DNA of 24,000 bases from Oharaeibacter sp. (GTDB lineage: Bacteria > Pseudomonadota > Alphaproteobacteria > Rhizobiales > Pleomorphomonadaceae), in assembly GCA_051861205.1 (NCBI GenBank), contig JBHYDC010000010.1:65979-89978 (forward strand), written 5' to 3'. The position numbers and the translations under genes were made by a program. Of this stretch, positions 1-9,120 are shown one piece after another (position 1 is the first letter of the stretch; every line of letters begins with the position of its first letter). The notes under the pieces are model-generated. The model did no database searches and was not told where the DNA came from. It was given only the letters and a program-made list of their open reading frames with translations.

Positions 1-80
1 GTCATTGGCCGCGCCTGTTCTGGCGCGATCCCCATGTTCAAGGGCGTGTTCGCTTTTCCTGTGCCCGCATCCTGCGGTGG

Positions 81-119
81 GCCGGTTGCCGTTAACAGTT
101 TTAAAAACTAACGGCCGGC
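81..119. other. Imperfect palindrome/hairpin with AT-rich core
   Basis: GCCGG-ttg-CCGTT-aac-AGTTTT-a-AAAACT-AACGG-CCGGC: 16 base pairs with two 3-nt bulges on the left arm, read directly from the sequence. Confidence 0.6.
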
Positions 120-292
120 ATAGGAAAACTTAATGTTGCAGCGCACTTAGTCATTGCCGCCCTGTGCGAGACCGGGCAAAGCCCCACAATCCAGCAAAAC
201 ATCTCTCGTAAAGGCCCGCTTCATAGGAGGCGCCTATCAGCCGATGCGCTGAAATCCCATCCGGCGCTGCGACAGCCCGCCGCAGCTTTCCG

Positions 293-1183
293 TCACGCCG
301 CAGTTGCCCCGCGCAGCCAATCCCCGAAGGATCGCACCAGCCCCGACCCGGATTTTGCCTCGGGATAGACAAACCAATAGGCCGTTCCTGATCGAAGCGG
401 TTGGTCGAGCAGTATCTTGAGCCGCCCGGTTCGTAGTTCCTCTTCCACCAGGAATCGCGGCATCAGCGCCACACCGAGCCCCGCCACCGCCGCGCCCGCG
501 ATCATCCCGAACTGATCGAACCGCGCCCCGGCAAAGGCGCCAGCCGTATCCACCCCGGCCATGGCGAACCAATCCCGCCAAGCGGTCGGCCGTGTCGACT
601 GGTGCAGCAGCGGCAACTGCGCCACACTATCGGCGCCGCCTATCAAGCGATCGCCCGTCAGCGACGGCGAAGCCACCGGCACCACCGCCTCGTCGCAGAG
701 ATGCTCGCACACCGCCCCCGGCCACGTGGCCTCGCCATGATGAATGGCCGCGTCCAGCGGATCCTCCGCGAAGGAAAACGGCGCCAGCCGCACCGCAAAA
801 TTCACGGTCACGCCCGGATGCATCTCCAAGAACCCCGGCAATCGCGGCATCAACCACCGCGTCGCAAACGTCGGCAGCACCGCCAAGTTCAGCGTCCCCG
901 CGCTCCCCGCAGCCCCCATCACCCGCTGCGTCGCCGCTGAGAGAGCCCCCAGAATGTGCTGCACCTCTTTGAGATAAGCCCGCCCCGCATCCGTCAGAAA
1001 CACCCGCTGGTTCACCCGCTCGAACAAATCCAGCCCCAGGCTTTCCTCCAACTGCCGGATCTGCCGGCTGACCGCCCCTTGCGTCAAATGCAACTCCCCC
1101 GCCGCCCGCGAAAAACTAAGATGCCGCCCCGCGGATTCAAACGCAGACAAAGCAGGGATGGAGGGCAGGAGAGGGCGGGACAT
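293..1183 (-). CDS. LysR-family transcriptional regulator (GcvA-like)
   Basis: 296 aa; N-terminal HTH 'LPSIPALSAFESAGRHLSFSRAAGELHLTQGAVSRQIRQLEESLGLDLFERVNQRVFLTDAGRAYL' is classic LysR, followed by a substrate-binding domain. Confidence 0.95.
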   Translation of the reverse strand: MSRPLLPSIPALSAFESAGRHLSFSRAAGELHLTQGAVSRQIRQLEESLGLDLFERVNQRVFLTDAGRAYLKEVQHILGALSAATQRVMGAAGSAGTLNLAVLPTFATRWLMPRLPGFLEMHPGVTVNFAVRLAPFSFAEDPLDAAIHHGEATWPGAVCEHLCDEAVVPVASPSLTGDRLIGGADSVAQLPLLHQSTRPTAWRDWFAMAGVDTAGAFAGARFDQFGMIAGAAVAGLGVALMPRFLVEEELRTGRLKILLDQPLRSGTAYWFVYPEAKSGSGLVRSFGDWLRGATAA

Positions 1184-1284
1184 GGAGCGTTCGGGTTCAT
1201 GAGAGTTGTCGATGCCGAGTCATTGGTAACACAAGCATTTTACTCATTCATCTTCGCTTGTTCCTCAGCGAGTTAAGCGCCCAC

Positions 1285-1334
1285 GTAGCGCCCCGCGCTA
1301 CATTTCAATTGCGTTCTGTAGCGCCCCACGCTAC
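1285..1334. promoter_or_regulatory. Two directly repeated palindromes, probable higBA autoregulatory operator
   Basis: GTAGCG-ccccg-CGCTAC at 1285-1301 and GTAGCG-cccca-CGCTAC at 1318-1334. They are 33 bp start to start (about 3 helical turns) and lie just upstream of the higB start at 1357. Confidence 0.65.
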
Positions 1335-1356
1335 AAGATCAAAAACGCGGCGGGCA

Positions 1357-1640
1357 ATGATCCAAAGCTGGGCATCAAAGGAGGCAAACGAGGTTTTCGA
1401 GGGGCGTTCCCCCAAGGGTTTCCCAGCCGATCGTTTCAAAACGCTGCGTCGCCGCCTCTTCCAACTCGACGCAGCGGAAACGCTCGATGATATGCGCACC
1501 CCCCCCCCGGCAATCGACTTCACGCCTTATCGGCAGATCGCGCGGGTCAATGGTCCATCAGCATCAACGCCCAATTCCGGGTCTGTTTTACGTGGGGTGC
1601 CGCGGGGCCTGAAAACGTCGATTGCGTCGACTATCACTAA
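1357..1640 (+). pseudogene. higB: RelE/HigB-type toxin, frameshifted at a 10-C run (1499-1508)
   Basis: N-terminal part 'MIQSWASKEANEVFEGRSPKGFPADRFKTLRRRLFQLDAAETLDDMRTPP' is in one frame. The C-terminal part 'GNRLHALSADRAGQWSISINAQFRVCFTWGAAGPENVDCVDYH*' is in another, directly after the poly-C tract. Together they rebuild a HigB family protein. Confidence 0.85.
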
Positions 1641-1658
1641 GACATCAGGGAGCCTCCC

Positions 1659-1973
1659 ATGACTGATTTCGATACGTTCACGTTGCCCGCGCCGCATCCC
1701 GGTGAACATCTGCGGGAAGATTTCCTCCCGGCCTACGGCCTCACCCCCGGCGCACTTGCCCGCGCCATGGGCCTCAAGGACCGCGCTCGCATCGAGCGGA
1801 TCGTGCGCGAACAACAGGCTATCACGGCCGACACAGCGCTTCGCCTCGGCCGGGTGTTCGGCAATTCGGCGCAGTTCTGGATCAACCTTCAGGCCACGCA
1901 TGATCTGTCCAAGGCGGCCATGGCGAGCCGGAACGAACTGGCCGCCATCAAGCCCCTCCAGCCGACGGCATAG
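1659..1973 (+). CDS. higA: HigA-family addiction module antitoxin (XRE HTH)
   Basis: 'HPGEHLREDFLPAYGLTPGALARAMGLKDRARIERIVREQQAITADTALRLGRVFGNSAQFWINLQATHDL' matches the HigA/VapI family signature; immediately downstream of higB. Confidence 0.93.
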   Translation: MTDFDTFTLPAPHPGEHLREDFLPAYGLTPGALARAMGLKDRARIERIVREQQAITADTALRLGRVFGNSAQFWINLQATHDLSKAAMASRNELAAIKPLQPTA

Positions 1974-2133
1974 TCACCGAGTTCATGAGCAAACCTCATG
2001 ACCATGCCAGAAATCATCGCTTGATAGTCGTGCGCTGAAAGAGGGATAAGCGAGGCTTGAAGCCGCAAAATCCCGGCACCGCATCGGCCGTCTCGCCGTT
2101 TTCCGGCCCGGCCGCATTGCCCGAGGAACCGAC

Positions 2134-3666
2134 ATGACCGTATCGCCCAAGATCGAAAGCCTCGGCGAGGAAACCGCCGCGCTCCTCGCCCGCCTCGGTG
2201 TTCCCGCCGCATCCGTCACGGGCGGCAACCTCATCGTCCGCTCGCCAATCACCGGCGAAACCATTGGCGCGCTGCATGAGGCCGGCGCTGCCGAGATGTC
2301 CGCCGCGATCACCCGCGCTCATGCGGCGTATCTCGCCTGGCGCAAGGTGCCCGCCCCCAAGCGCGGCGAGCTCGTGCGTCTGCTCGGCGAGGAATTGCGC
2401 GCCGCCAAGGACGATCTCGGCCGTCTCGTCACCATCGAGGCTGGCAAGATCGTGTCCGAGGGCCTCGGCGAGGTCCAGGAGATGATCGACATCTGCGACT
2501 TCGCGGTCGGCCTTTCCCGCCAGCTTTACGGCCTCACCATCGCCACCGAACGCGCCTCCCACCGCATGATGGAAACGTGGCACCCGGTCGGCGTCGTCGG
2601 CGTCATCTCCGCGTTCAACTTCCCCGTCGCGGTCTGGTCGTGGAACGCAGCGCTGGCGCTCGTCTGCGGTAACACCGTCGTGTGGAAGCCGTCGGAGAAA
2701 ACCCCGCTCACCGCGCTCGCCGTCCAGGCGCTGTTCGAGCGCGCCGCCGCGAAATTCGGCGCGCCGGCCGGTCTCTCGGAAGTCGTGATCGGTACCCGCG
2801 CCGCCGGAGAGGCGTTGGTGGACGATGCCCGCGTGCCCGTCGTGTCGGCCACCGGCTCCACCGCCATGGGCCGCGCCGTCGCGCCGAAACTGGCCAAGCG
2901 CTTCGCCCGCGCGATTCTGGAACTCGGCGGCAACAACGCCGCCATCGTTTGCCCCTCGGCGGATCTCGACCTCGTCGTGCGCGCCGTCGCCTTCTCCGCC
3001 ATGGGCACCGCCGGCCAGCGCTGCACCACGCTTCGCCGCCTCTTCGTTCACGACAGCATCTACGACGCGCTCGTGCCGCGCCTGAAGAAGGCCTACGGCT
3101 CGGTCAAGGTCGGCGATCCCCGCGTCGCCGGCACGCTCGTGGGCCCGCTGATCGACGCCGCTTCGTTCCAGGCGATGCAATCCTCGCTCGACGCCGCCCG
3201 CGCGGCTGGTGGCACGATTACGGGCGGCGAACGCGCCTTCGCAGAAGCCGGGGAGGGCGCTTACTACGCCCGGCCCGCGCTCGCCGAAATGCCGGGCCAA
3301 GCCGACATCGTGGCGCACGAAACCTTCGCGCCCATCCTCTACGTGATGCGCTGGTCGACCTTCGACGACGTCCTCGCCCTGCACAACGGCGTGCCGCAGG
3401 GCCTGTCGTCGTCCATCTTCACCAACGACCTGCGCGAAGCCGAGCGATTCCTCTCCGTCGAGGGCTCGGACTGCGGCATCGCCAACGTGAATATCGGGCC
3501 CTCCGGCGCTGAAATCGGCGGGGCCTTCGGCGGCGAGAAGGAAACCGGCGGCGGCCGCGAAGCCGGCTCCGACGCCTGGAAGGCCTACATGCGCCGCGCC
3601 ACCAACACCATCAACTATGGCCGCGACCTGCCGCTTGCGCAGGGCGTCACCTTCGACGTGGAGTGA
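2134..3666 (+). CDS. amaB: Aldehyde dehydrogenase, ALDH7-like; L-aminoadipate-semialdehyde / piperideine-6-carboxylate dehydrogenase
   Basis: 510 aa with ALDH motifs '[39 protein letters not shown]', '[10 protein letters not shown]', '[16 protein letters not shown]'. The ALDH7-type architecture plus adjacency to glutaryl-CoA dehydrogenase supports a lysine-pathway role. Confidence 0.88.
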   Translation: MTVSPKIESLGEETAALLARLGVPAASVTGGNLIVRSPITGETIGALHEAGAAEMSAAITRAHAAYLAWRKVPAPKRGELVRLLGEELRAAKDDLGRLVTIEAGKIVSEGLGEVQEMIDICDFAVGLSRQLYGLTIATERASHRMMETWHPVGVVGVISAFNFPVAVWSWNAALALVCGNTVVWKPSEKTPLTALAVQALFERAAAKFGAPAGLSEVVIGTRAAGEALVDDARVPVVSATGSTAMGRAVAPKLAKRFARAILELGGNNAAIVCPSADLDLVVRAVAFSAMGTAGQRCTTLRRLFVHDSIYDALVPRLKKAYGSVKVGDPRVAGTLVGPLIDAASFQAMQSSLDAARAAGGTITGGERAFAEAGEGAYYARPALAEMPGQADIVAHETFAPILYVMRWSTFDDVLALHNGVPQGLSSSIFTNDLREAERFLSVEGSDCGIANVNIGPSGAEIGGAFGGEKETGGGREAGSDAWKAYMRRATNTINYGRDLPLAQGVTFDVE

Positions 3667-3670
3667 GCCG

Positions 3671-4885
3671 ATGACCGCCGTTCACAAGCCCGCCGCCGAC
3701 AAGCCTCGCGCCGTCTTTCAGTGGGACGATCCGTTTTTCCTCGACGATCAGCTCACCGAAGACGAGCGCATGATCCGCGACACCGCCCGCGCCTATGCGC
3801 AGGAAAAGCTTCAGCCGCGCGTCATCGAAGCCTATGCGGAGGAAAAAACCGACGCCTCGATCTTTCGCGAAATGGGCGAACTCGGCCTCCTCGGCGTCAC
3901 CCTGCCGGAGGAATACGGCTGCGCCGGCGCCTCATACGTGTCCTACGGTCTCGTCGCCCGCGAAGTGGAGCGTGTCGATTCCGGCTATCGCTCCATGATG
4001 AGCGTGCAATCCTCGCTCGTCATGTACCCGATCTACGCCTACGGCGATGAAGCGCAGCGCAAGCGCTATCTCCCCAAGCTCGCGTCCGGCGAATGGATCG
4101 GCTGCTTCGGCTTGACTGAACCCGACGCCGGATCGGACCCCGCCGGCATGCGCGCCCGCGCTGAAAAAGTGTCGGACGGCTACCGCCTCACCGGCTCCAA
4201 GATGTGGATCTCCAATTCCCCCATCGCCGACGTGTTCGTCGTCTGGGCGAAATCCGAAGCCCACGGCGGCGAAATCCGCGGCTTCATACTTGAGAAGGGC
4301 ATGGCCGGCCTCTCCGCCCCCAAGATCGGCGGCAAGCTTAGCTTACGCGCCTCCATCACCGGCGAGATTGTCATGGACGGCGTGGTGGTCCCCGAAAGCG
4401 CGTTGCTGCCCAACGTTTCCGGCCTCAAAGGCCCGTTCGGCTGCCTGAACCGCGCCCGCTACGGCATTTCCTGGGGCGTGCTCGGGTCAGCCGAATTCTG
4501 CTTCCACGCCGCCCGCTCCTACACGCTCGACCGCAAGCAATTCGGCAAGCCGCTGGCCCAAACCCAGCTCATCCAGAAAAAGCTCGCCGACATGCAGACC
4601 GAAATCACCCTCGGCCTGCAAGCCTCGCTGCGCGTCGGCCGCCTGTTCGACGAAGGCCGCATGGCGCCAGAGATGATCTCCCTGGTCAAGCGCAATAACT
4701 GCGGCAAAGCCCTGGATATCGCGCGCATGGCGCGAGACATGCACGGCGGCAACGGCATTTCCGAGGAATACCAAGTCATGCGCCACATGGTGAACCTTGA
4801 AACGGTGAACACCTATGAGGGCACGCATGACGTGCACGCGCTGATCCTCGGCCGCGCCATCACCGGCTTGCAAGCCTTCTTCTAA
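3671..4885 (+). CDS. gcdH: Acyl-CoA dehydrogenase, glutaryl-CoA dehydrogenase type
   Basis: '[17 protein letters not shown]', '[55 protein letters not shown]', '[18 protein letters not shown]'; GcdH family features. Start taken as ATG at 3671 rather than the upstream ORF extension. Confidence 0.9.
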   Translation: MTAVHKPAADKPRAVFQWDDPFFLDDQLTEDERMIRDTARAYAQEKLQPRVIEAYAEEKTDASIFREMGELGLLGVTLPEEYGCAGASYVSYGLVAREVERVDSGYRSMMSVQSSLVMYPIYAYGDEAQRKRYLPKLASGEWIGCFGLTEPDAGSDPAGMRARAEKVSDGYRLTGSKMWISNSPIADVFVVWAKSEAHGGEIRGFILEKGMAGLSAPKIGGKLSLRASITGEIVMDGVVVPESALLPNVSGLKGPFGCLNRARYGISWGVLGSAEFCFHAARSYTLDRKQFGKPLAQTQLIQKKLADMQTEITLGLQASLRVGRLFDEGRMAPEMISLVKRNNCGKALDIARMARDMHGGNGISEEYQVMRHMVNLETVNTYEGTHDVHALILGRAITGLQAFF

Positions 4886-4901
4886 GCGCGAGCCCACCGT
4901 C

Positions 4902-5606
4902 ATGAGCGCCCACGCCCTCACCACCATCGGTTTCGACGCTGACGATACGCTCTGGCAGAACGAAACCTTCTACCGGCTCACCGAGGAGCGATTTCAGGCG
5001 CTGCTGGCGGACTATGCCGAGCCGGTGGACCTTTCCGCCCGGCTCTTGACGGCGGAGCGGCGCAACCTTGGGCATTATGGCTTCGGCATCAAGGGTTTCA
5101 CCCTTTCCATGATCGAAACCGCGATCGAGGTGACAGAGGGCAGGGTGCCCGCCTCGGTGATCCAAAGCATCCTTGATGCGGGCCGCGACATGCTCAGCCA
5201 TCCCGTCGAAGCGCTGCCCCATGCGCGCGAAACGCTGGAGGCGCTGGCCGGGTCTCACACGCTCGTCTTGATCACCAAGGGCGATCTCTTCGATCAGGAG
5301 CGCAAGCTCGCTGCCTCCGGGCTCGGCGAATTGTTCGACGCGGTCGAGATCGTCAGCGACAAGACCGCCGCGACCTACGAGCGCATCTTCGCCCGCCACG
5401 GCCATGGCGCCGCGCAGGCTATGATGGTCGGCAATTCGCTGAAATCAGATGTCATCCCCGCTATCCGTGCAGGCGGCTGGGGTGTTCACGTCCCGCATCA
5501 TTTGACATGGGCGGTCGAGCACGCCGAGCCCCCGGCAAACGAACCCCGCTTCCGCGCGATCGAAAACCTGTCGGGGATTGTCCCCCTGGTGCGCGCTCTG
5601 GCCTAA
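4902..5606 (+). CDS. HAD-superfamily hydrolase
   Basis: 'IGFDADDTLWQNE' motif I, 'LVLITKGD' motif II, 'MMVGNSLKSDVIPAIRAGG' motif IV. Confidence 0.9.
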   Translation: MSAHALTTIGFDADDTLWQNETFYRLTEERFQALLADYAEPVDLSARLLTAERRNLGHYGFGIKGFTLSMIETAIEVTEGRVPASVIQSILDAGRDMLSHPVEALPHARETLEALAGSHTLVLITKGDLFDQERKLAASGLGELFDAVEIVSDKTAATYERIFARHGHGAAQAMMVGNSLKSDVIPAIRAGGWGVHVPHHLTWAVEHAEPPANEPRFRAIENLSGIVPLVRALA

Positions 5607-5610
5607 CGCC

Positions 5611-5890
5611 TCAGCGGCTGTGCACCAGCTTCAGCTTGGGGCGCGGCGCCCAGCGCGAGAAGGTCAGCAAGGTCAGCCCGTCATAGGTTTCGCCCAATGA
5701 GGTGAAATATTTCATCCGGGTCGCCAGCGCTTCGGCCTGCGCCACCGTCGCGATCGGCATCCACCGCTCCACCTGTCCAGCTCCCAAGGCGAGCGCCGCG
5801 AGCAAAAGCCCGATCTCGATCCCCTCGACGAAGTCATCGCTGCGTCCGGGAAACCGAACCACGAGCCCCTCTTCGACTTCGACGTCCCGC
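5611..5890 (-). CDS. Small hypothetical protein
   Basis: Open frame with a plausible start at 5890 ('MRDVEVEEGLVVRFPGRSDDFVEGIEIGLLLAALALG...'). It occupies the gap between flanking genes. Family not recognised. Confidence 0.55.
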
Positions 5891-5976
5891 ATGATCCAAC
5901 TCCTGTCTGTCGGATCATTGAAGGACGCTATGGTTAACACCCGGTGAAAGTTCACCGCGCGGTTAAGGTTCACTGC

Positions 5977-6010
5977 ATTAGGAAGGGGCGCCGAAACGCC
6001 CCTTCCTAAT
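5977..6010. terminator. Perfect 14-bp hairpin, terminator-like
   Basis: ATTAGGAAGGGGCG-CCGAAA-CGCCCCTTCCTAAT, in the gap just past the 3' end of the minus-strand gene 6041-6739. No long U-tract follows. Confidence 0.7.
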
Positions 6011-6040
6011 CACGCTGCCGAAAATCGGTTGTGCTGCCGG

Positions 6041-6739
6041 TCAGGTCCCGGCGCGGTTCGTGTCCTTGATCGTTCCGCGCTCGTCATTGATCTCGACCGC
6101 GGTGCGGCGGTGCGTGCCGGACGCCTCTCCGGCGCGCTCCTTGCTGACGTCCACGGCCTCGGCGATTGGCATTTCAACAAAATAGGACCGCACCCGCACA
6201 CGGCCGTGACTGACGTCGCGTTTGCCGATGCGCATTTCATCCTCGACGACGGGAATGCGTTGCTCCTCATCGCTAGTGCGGCCCGCCAGCGACCGATCAG
6301 ACGCGCCGCTGATCGTGTCGGAAGCAGTCGACTCTCCACCGAAAGAGCCGCTCCAGCCTTCCTGCCGCCAAGCCGTCTCACGCGCTTCGAGATCCACGGC
6401 GCCTTCATCGTCAAGAATGTCGATCACGCGCTCGTAAAGGTCCGCGGATGGACGCACGGAGAGCACATATCCGCCGCGCCGCAGCCCTTCCGCATAGGTG
6501 GAACGATCGTCGTCGGGCAGAAACAGATCGCGAAGCGTCTCCCAAAAGCCCCCCGCCGTTTCGCTTGCCGGCGCCGCCTCATCCGCCTGGGAGCCTTCCA
6601 CGATTGTGATCGCATTGCGGGCAATGCCCAGCGCCGCCACACGCCCAGCGGCCTCATCCGCCTTAGGGCGCTGGTCGAAGAAGGCGGTAATCAGCCGGTC
6701 GGAGCCGGACTCGCTTTCAAAGCCACTAGCCATGGTCAT
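6041..6739 (-). CDS. General-stress/YsnF-like protein with DUF2382-like C-terminal segment
   Basis: 'LITAFFDQRPKADEAAGRVAALGI' N-terminal stress-protein-like region and 'QRIPVVEDEMRIGKRDVSHGRVRVRSYFVEMPI' DUF2382-like motif. Confidence 0.75.
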   Translation of the reverse strand: MTMASGFESESGSDRLITAFFDQRPKADEAAGRVAALGIARNAITIVEGSQADEAAPASETAGGFWETLRDLFLPDDDRSTYAEGLRRGGYVLSVRPSADLYERVIDILDDEGAVDLEARETAWRQEGWSGSFGGESTASDTISGASDRSLAGRTSDEEQRIPVVEDEMRIGKRDVSHGRVRVRSYFVEMPIAEAVDVSKERAGEASGTHRRTAVEINDERGTIKDTNRAGT

Positions 6740-7071
6740 TCCTCTTCCCGGTTTTGTTCGCCGGCCACCGTTTCACGGTCCACGACGACGCGCCGCTTGA
6801 TGTGGAGTTTTTCCTTGAGGACAAGACGTTTCTCGAACACCATCACCGCCTCCGTCATCGGAACGATGAGAACGTTGCCTTTGGTGCGAACCTCCGGCGC
6901 CTGGTCGACAGGGGTGTCGAACAGCACGCGCGAAATATCCACGATCTCGGTGTCGAGCGTTTTCTCCAGTGCTCTTGCCTTGACGTCGACGAGGGTGTGA
7001 ACGCGCAGGCGAACGCCAAGAACGTCGTCACGCTCAAGAGCCGTCTCGGTTGTCGCATTGGGATTGGTCAT
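6736..7071 (-). CDS. YsnF/DUF2382-like protein
   Basis: 'VLGVRLRVHTLVDVKARALEKTLDTEIVDISRVLFDTPVDQAPEVRTKGNVLIVPMTEAVMVFEKRLVLKEKLHIKRRV' resembles DUF2382 repeats. Start at 7071; 4-bp overlap with the next gene. Confidence 0.78.
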   Translation of the reverse strand: MTNPNATTETALERDDVLGVRLRVHTLVDVKARALEKTLDTEIVDISRVLFDTPVDQAPEVRTKGNVLIVPMTEAVMVFEKRLVLKEKLHIKRRVVVDRETVAGEQNREEE

Positions 7072-7145
7072 CGGTCCCCCGCTCCGTGCAGAGGATGAAC
7101 GGCTCAGCGATGGCCAAGTTCCCAATCACACTAAAGGCCGCGCAA

Positions 7146-8138
7146 TCAGCGCATCAGCGCGTCCGAAAGGCGGCCCCATGCTGCTTCGTCGGCGGGCAGG
7201 CCGAAGCGTAGCCAGGTCGGCGCATAGTCGAAGGGGCGGACGAGAATGCCCCGCGCGGCCAAGCGCTCGAACCACGCCGCCGCCCTGTCCGTGCGGGCAA
7301 GCCGGAATAGCGGCGTGCCGCCAAGCTGGGCGAGGCCGGCGGTGGAAAGCAGTCCGTCCAGCCGCGCCGCGTCCGCCTCAAGCCGCGCGCGGGCGCCGTC
7401 CAGCCAAGCCGGATCGGATAAGGCAAGCGTGCCGATTTCGATTGCAGGCCCCGGCACAGCCCAAGGCCCCAAGAGCGCCGCGATCGCCGCCGCACGGACT
7501 GGCGACGCCACGGCAAAGCCCAGCCGTACACCGGCAAGGCCATAGCTCTTCCCGAAGGATCGCAGCACCACGGTGTTTGCGGGAAGCCCGTGCGGGATCA
7601 GGCTTGCCCCCGGCACGACATCGACGAACGCCTCGTCCACCACCAGCGTTCTCACCGTCGTGGCAATCTGCGCGATCTGATCGGGTGAGAGCAGGCGCCC
7701 ATCCGGATTGTTGGGATTGACGATCACCGCCACATCGCTGCCAGTCAGATCGCTCGGATCCTCCGCCAACCAGACCTCGGCGCCGGCCGCGCGCCAGACG
7801 GCCGCATGCTCCCCATAGGTTGGGCCAAGTACGGCAACTTGGTTCGCGGCGATCAGTCGCGGCAAAAGCTGGATCAGCGCCTGCGTGCCCGGTGCCGCAA
7901 TCACCGTTGCCGGATCCGCCGCGCCATAGGCCTTCGCGGCCGCTGAAATCAGCGCCGCCAGCGCGCCCTTGCCGGGAAGCCGCGTCCAAGCGCTGGCGGG
8001 AACGTCGCCGACGGGGTAGGGAACCGGATTGATGCCAGTGGAGAGATCGATCCAGGGCTCTGGCGCTTGCGGAAAAAGCGCGCGAGCGCCATCGACGTCT
8101 CCGCCGTGCTCCAGAATGCGCGCCAACCGGTGTTCCAT
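7146..8138 (-). CDS. cobC: Threonine-phosphate decarboxylase / CobC aminotransferase of cobalamin biosynthesis
   Basis: 'HGGDVDGARALFPQAPEPWIDLSTGINPVPYP', PLP-enzyme motifs 'VNPNNPDGR' and 'RSFGKSYGLAGVRLGF'. An alternative start is at 8162. Confidence 0.93.
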   Translation of the reverse strand: MEHRLARILEHGGDVDGARALFPQAPEPWIDLSTGINPVPYPVGDVPASAWTRLPGKGALAALISAAAKAYGAADPATVIAAPGTQALIQLLPRLIAANQVAVLGPTYGEHAAVWRAAGAEVWLAEDPSDLTGSDVAVIVNPNNPDGRLLSPDQIAQIATTVRTLVVDEAFVDVVPGASLIPHGLPANTVVLRSFGKSYGLAGVRLGFAVASPVRAAAIAALLGPWAVPGPAIEIGTLALSDPAWLDGARARLEADAARLDGLLSTAGLAQLGGTPLFRLARTDRAAAWFERLAARGILVRPFDYAPTWLRFGLPADEAAWGRLSDALMR

Positions 8139-9120
8139 GGATCCCGTACCCTCTCTCGTCATCGCCCTCGCCGCACTCGCCGTGGAAGCTGCCGCAGGTT
8201 ACCCTCAGCGTATGTTCCTTGTCATCGGTCATCCCGTGACATGGATCGGTCGATTGATCACATGGCTCGACCGCAGGCTCAACCTTGAGCGCGACGGCAA
8301 CCCTATGCGCCGGGCCAAGGGCGTGCTCGCGCTCTTAGCGCTGCTCGCGATCACCTGCGCCGTCGCGGTCGGCATTCAGCGCGCGGCGGGGCTCGCCGGG
8401 GTCGTCGGCACCTTCATTGTGCTCCCGCTGATCGTCTCAACGCTGTTTGCCCAGCGCAGCCTCTACGAGCACGTCGCCCGCGTCCGTGACGGTCTCCAAA
8501 CCGGAGGCCTTGCCGGAGGCAGAGCCGCCGTTGCGATGATCGTCGGCCGCAATCCGGAAAGCCTTGACGAAGCGGGCGTTTCCCGTGCCGCCATCGAGAG
8601 CTTGGCTGAAAACTTTTCCGACGGCATCACCGCCCCCGTGTTCTGGACCGCGCTTCTCGGCCTCCCAGGCGGCGCGCTCTACAAGGCTGCGAACACGGCC
8701 GATTCCATGATCGGCCACAAGACGGCCCGCCACCTCCAGTTCGGCTGGGCCGCCGCCCGCTTCGACGACCTCATCAATCTCCCGGCGTCGCGCCTCACCG
8801 CGCTCCTGCTCGTCCTCGCCGCGCTTGCCCCTGGCTATTCCGCGCGCGGCGCCATCCGGGCGGTGTTTCGCGATGCCCGCAACCACAAATCGCCCAACGC
8901 CGGCTGGCCGGAAGCCGCCATGGCCGGCGCCCTCGGCCTTCGCCTTGCCGGACCCCGCGTCTACGGCGCAACCCTCGTCGACGATTTCTGGATGGGCGAC
9001 GGCCGCGCCGACGCCACCGCCGGCGATATCGACCGGGCGTTGAAGCTCTACCGGCTCGCTCTGGTACTCCTCGCTGCCACGCTTGCGACTGTGCTGGCTG
9101 GCGTCATCGCCCTTCGCTGA
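8137..9120 (+). CDS. cobD: Adenosylcobinamide-phosphate synthase (CobD/CbiB)
   Basis: '[19 protein letters not shown]', '[58 protein letters not shown]', '[37 protein letters not shown]' are CbiB signatures. Confidence 0.96.
   Translation: MDPVPSLVIALAALAVEAAAGYPQRMFLVIGHPVTWIGRLITWLDRRLNLERDGNPMRRAKGVLALLALLAITCAVAVGIQRAAGLAGVVGTFIVLPLIVSTLFAQRSLYEHVARVRDGLQTGGLAGGRAAVAMIVGRNPESLDEAGVSRAAIESLAENFSDGITAPVFWTALLGLPGGALYKAANTADSMIGHKTARHLQFGWAAARFDDLINLPASRLTALLLVLAALAPGYSARGAIRAVFRDARNHKSPNAGWPEAAMAGALGLRLAGPRVYGATLVDDFWMGDGRADATAGDIDRALKLYRLALVLLAATLATVLAGVIALR

Noticed and set aside
151-372. 73-aa minus-strand ORF at the left edge
   Set aside because: Overlaps the LysR 3' end, no recognisable family and weak coding character.
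1258-1662. 134-aa plus-strand ORF taken as one intact protein
   Set aside because: Only 1357 to about 1508 is HigB-like in this frame; the upstream part covers the operator palindromes and the C-terminus is the wrong frame after the poly-C run.
2014-3384. 456-aa ORF on the minus strand
   Set aside because: Antisense to the well-supported aldehyde dehydrogenase gene; low-complexity composition typical of shadow ORFs in high-GC codon-biased DNA.
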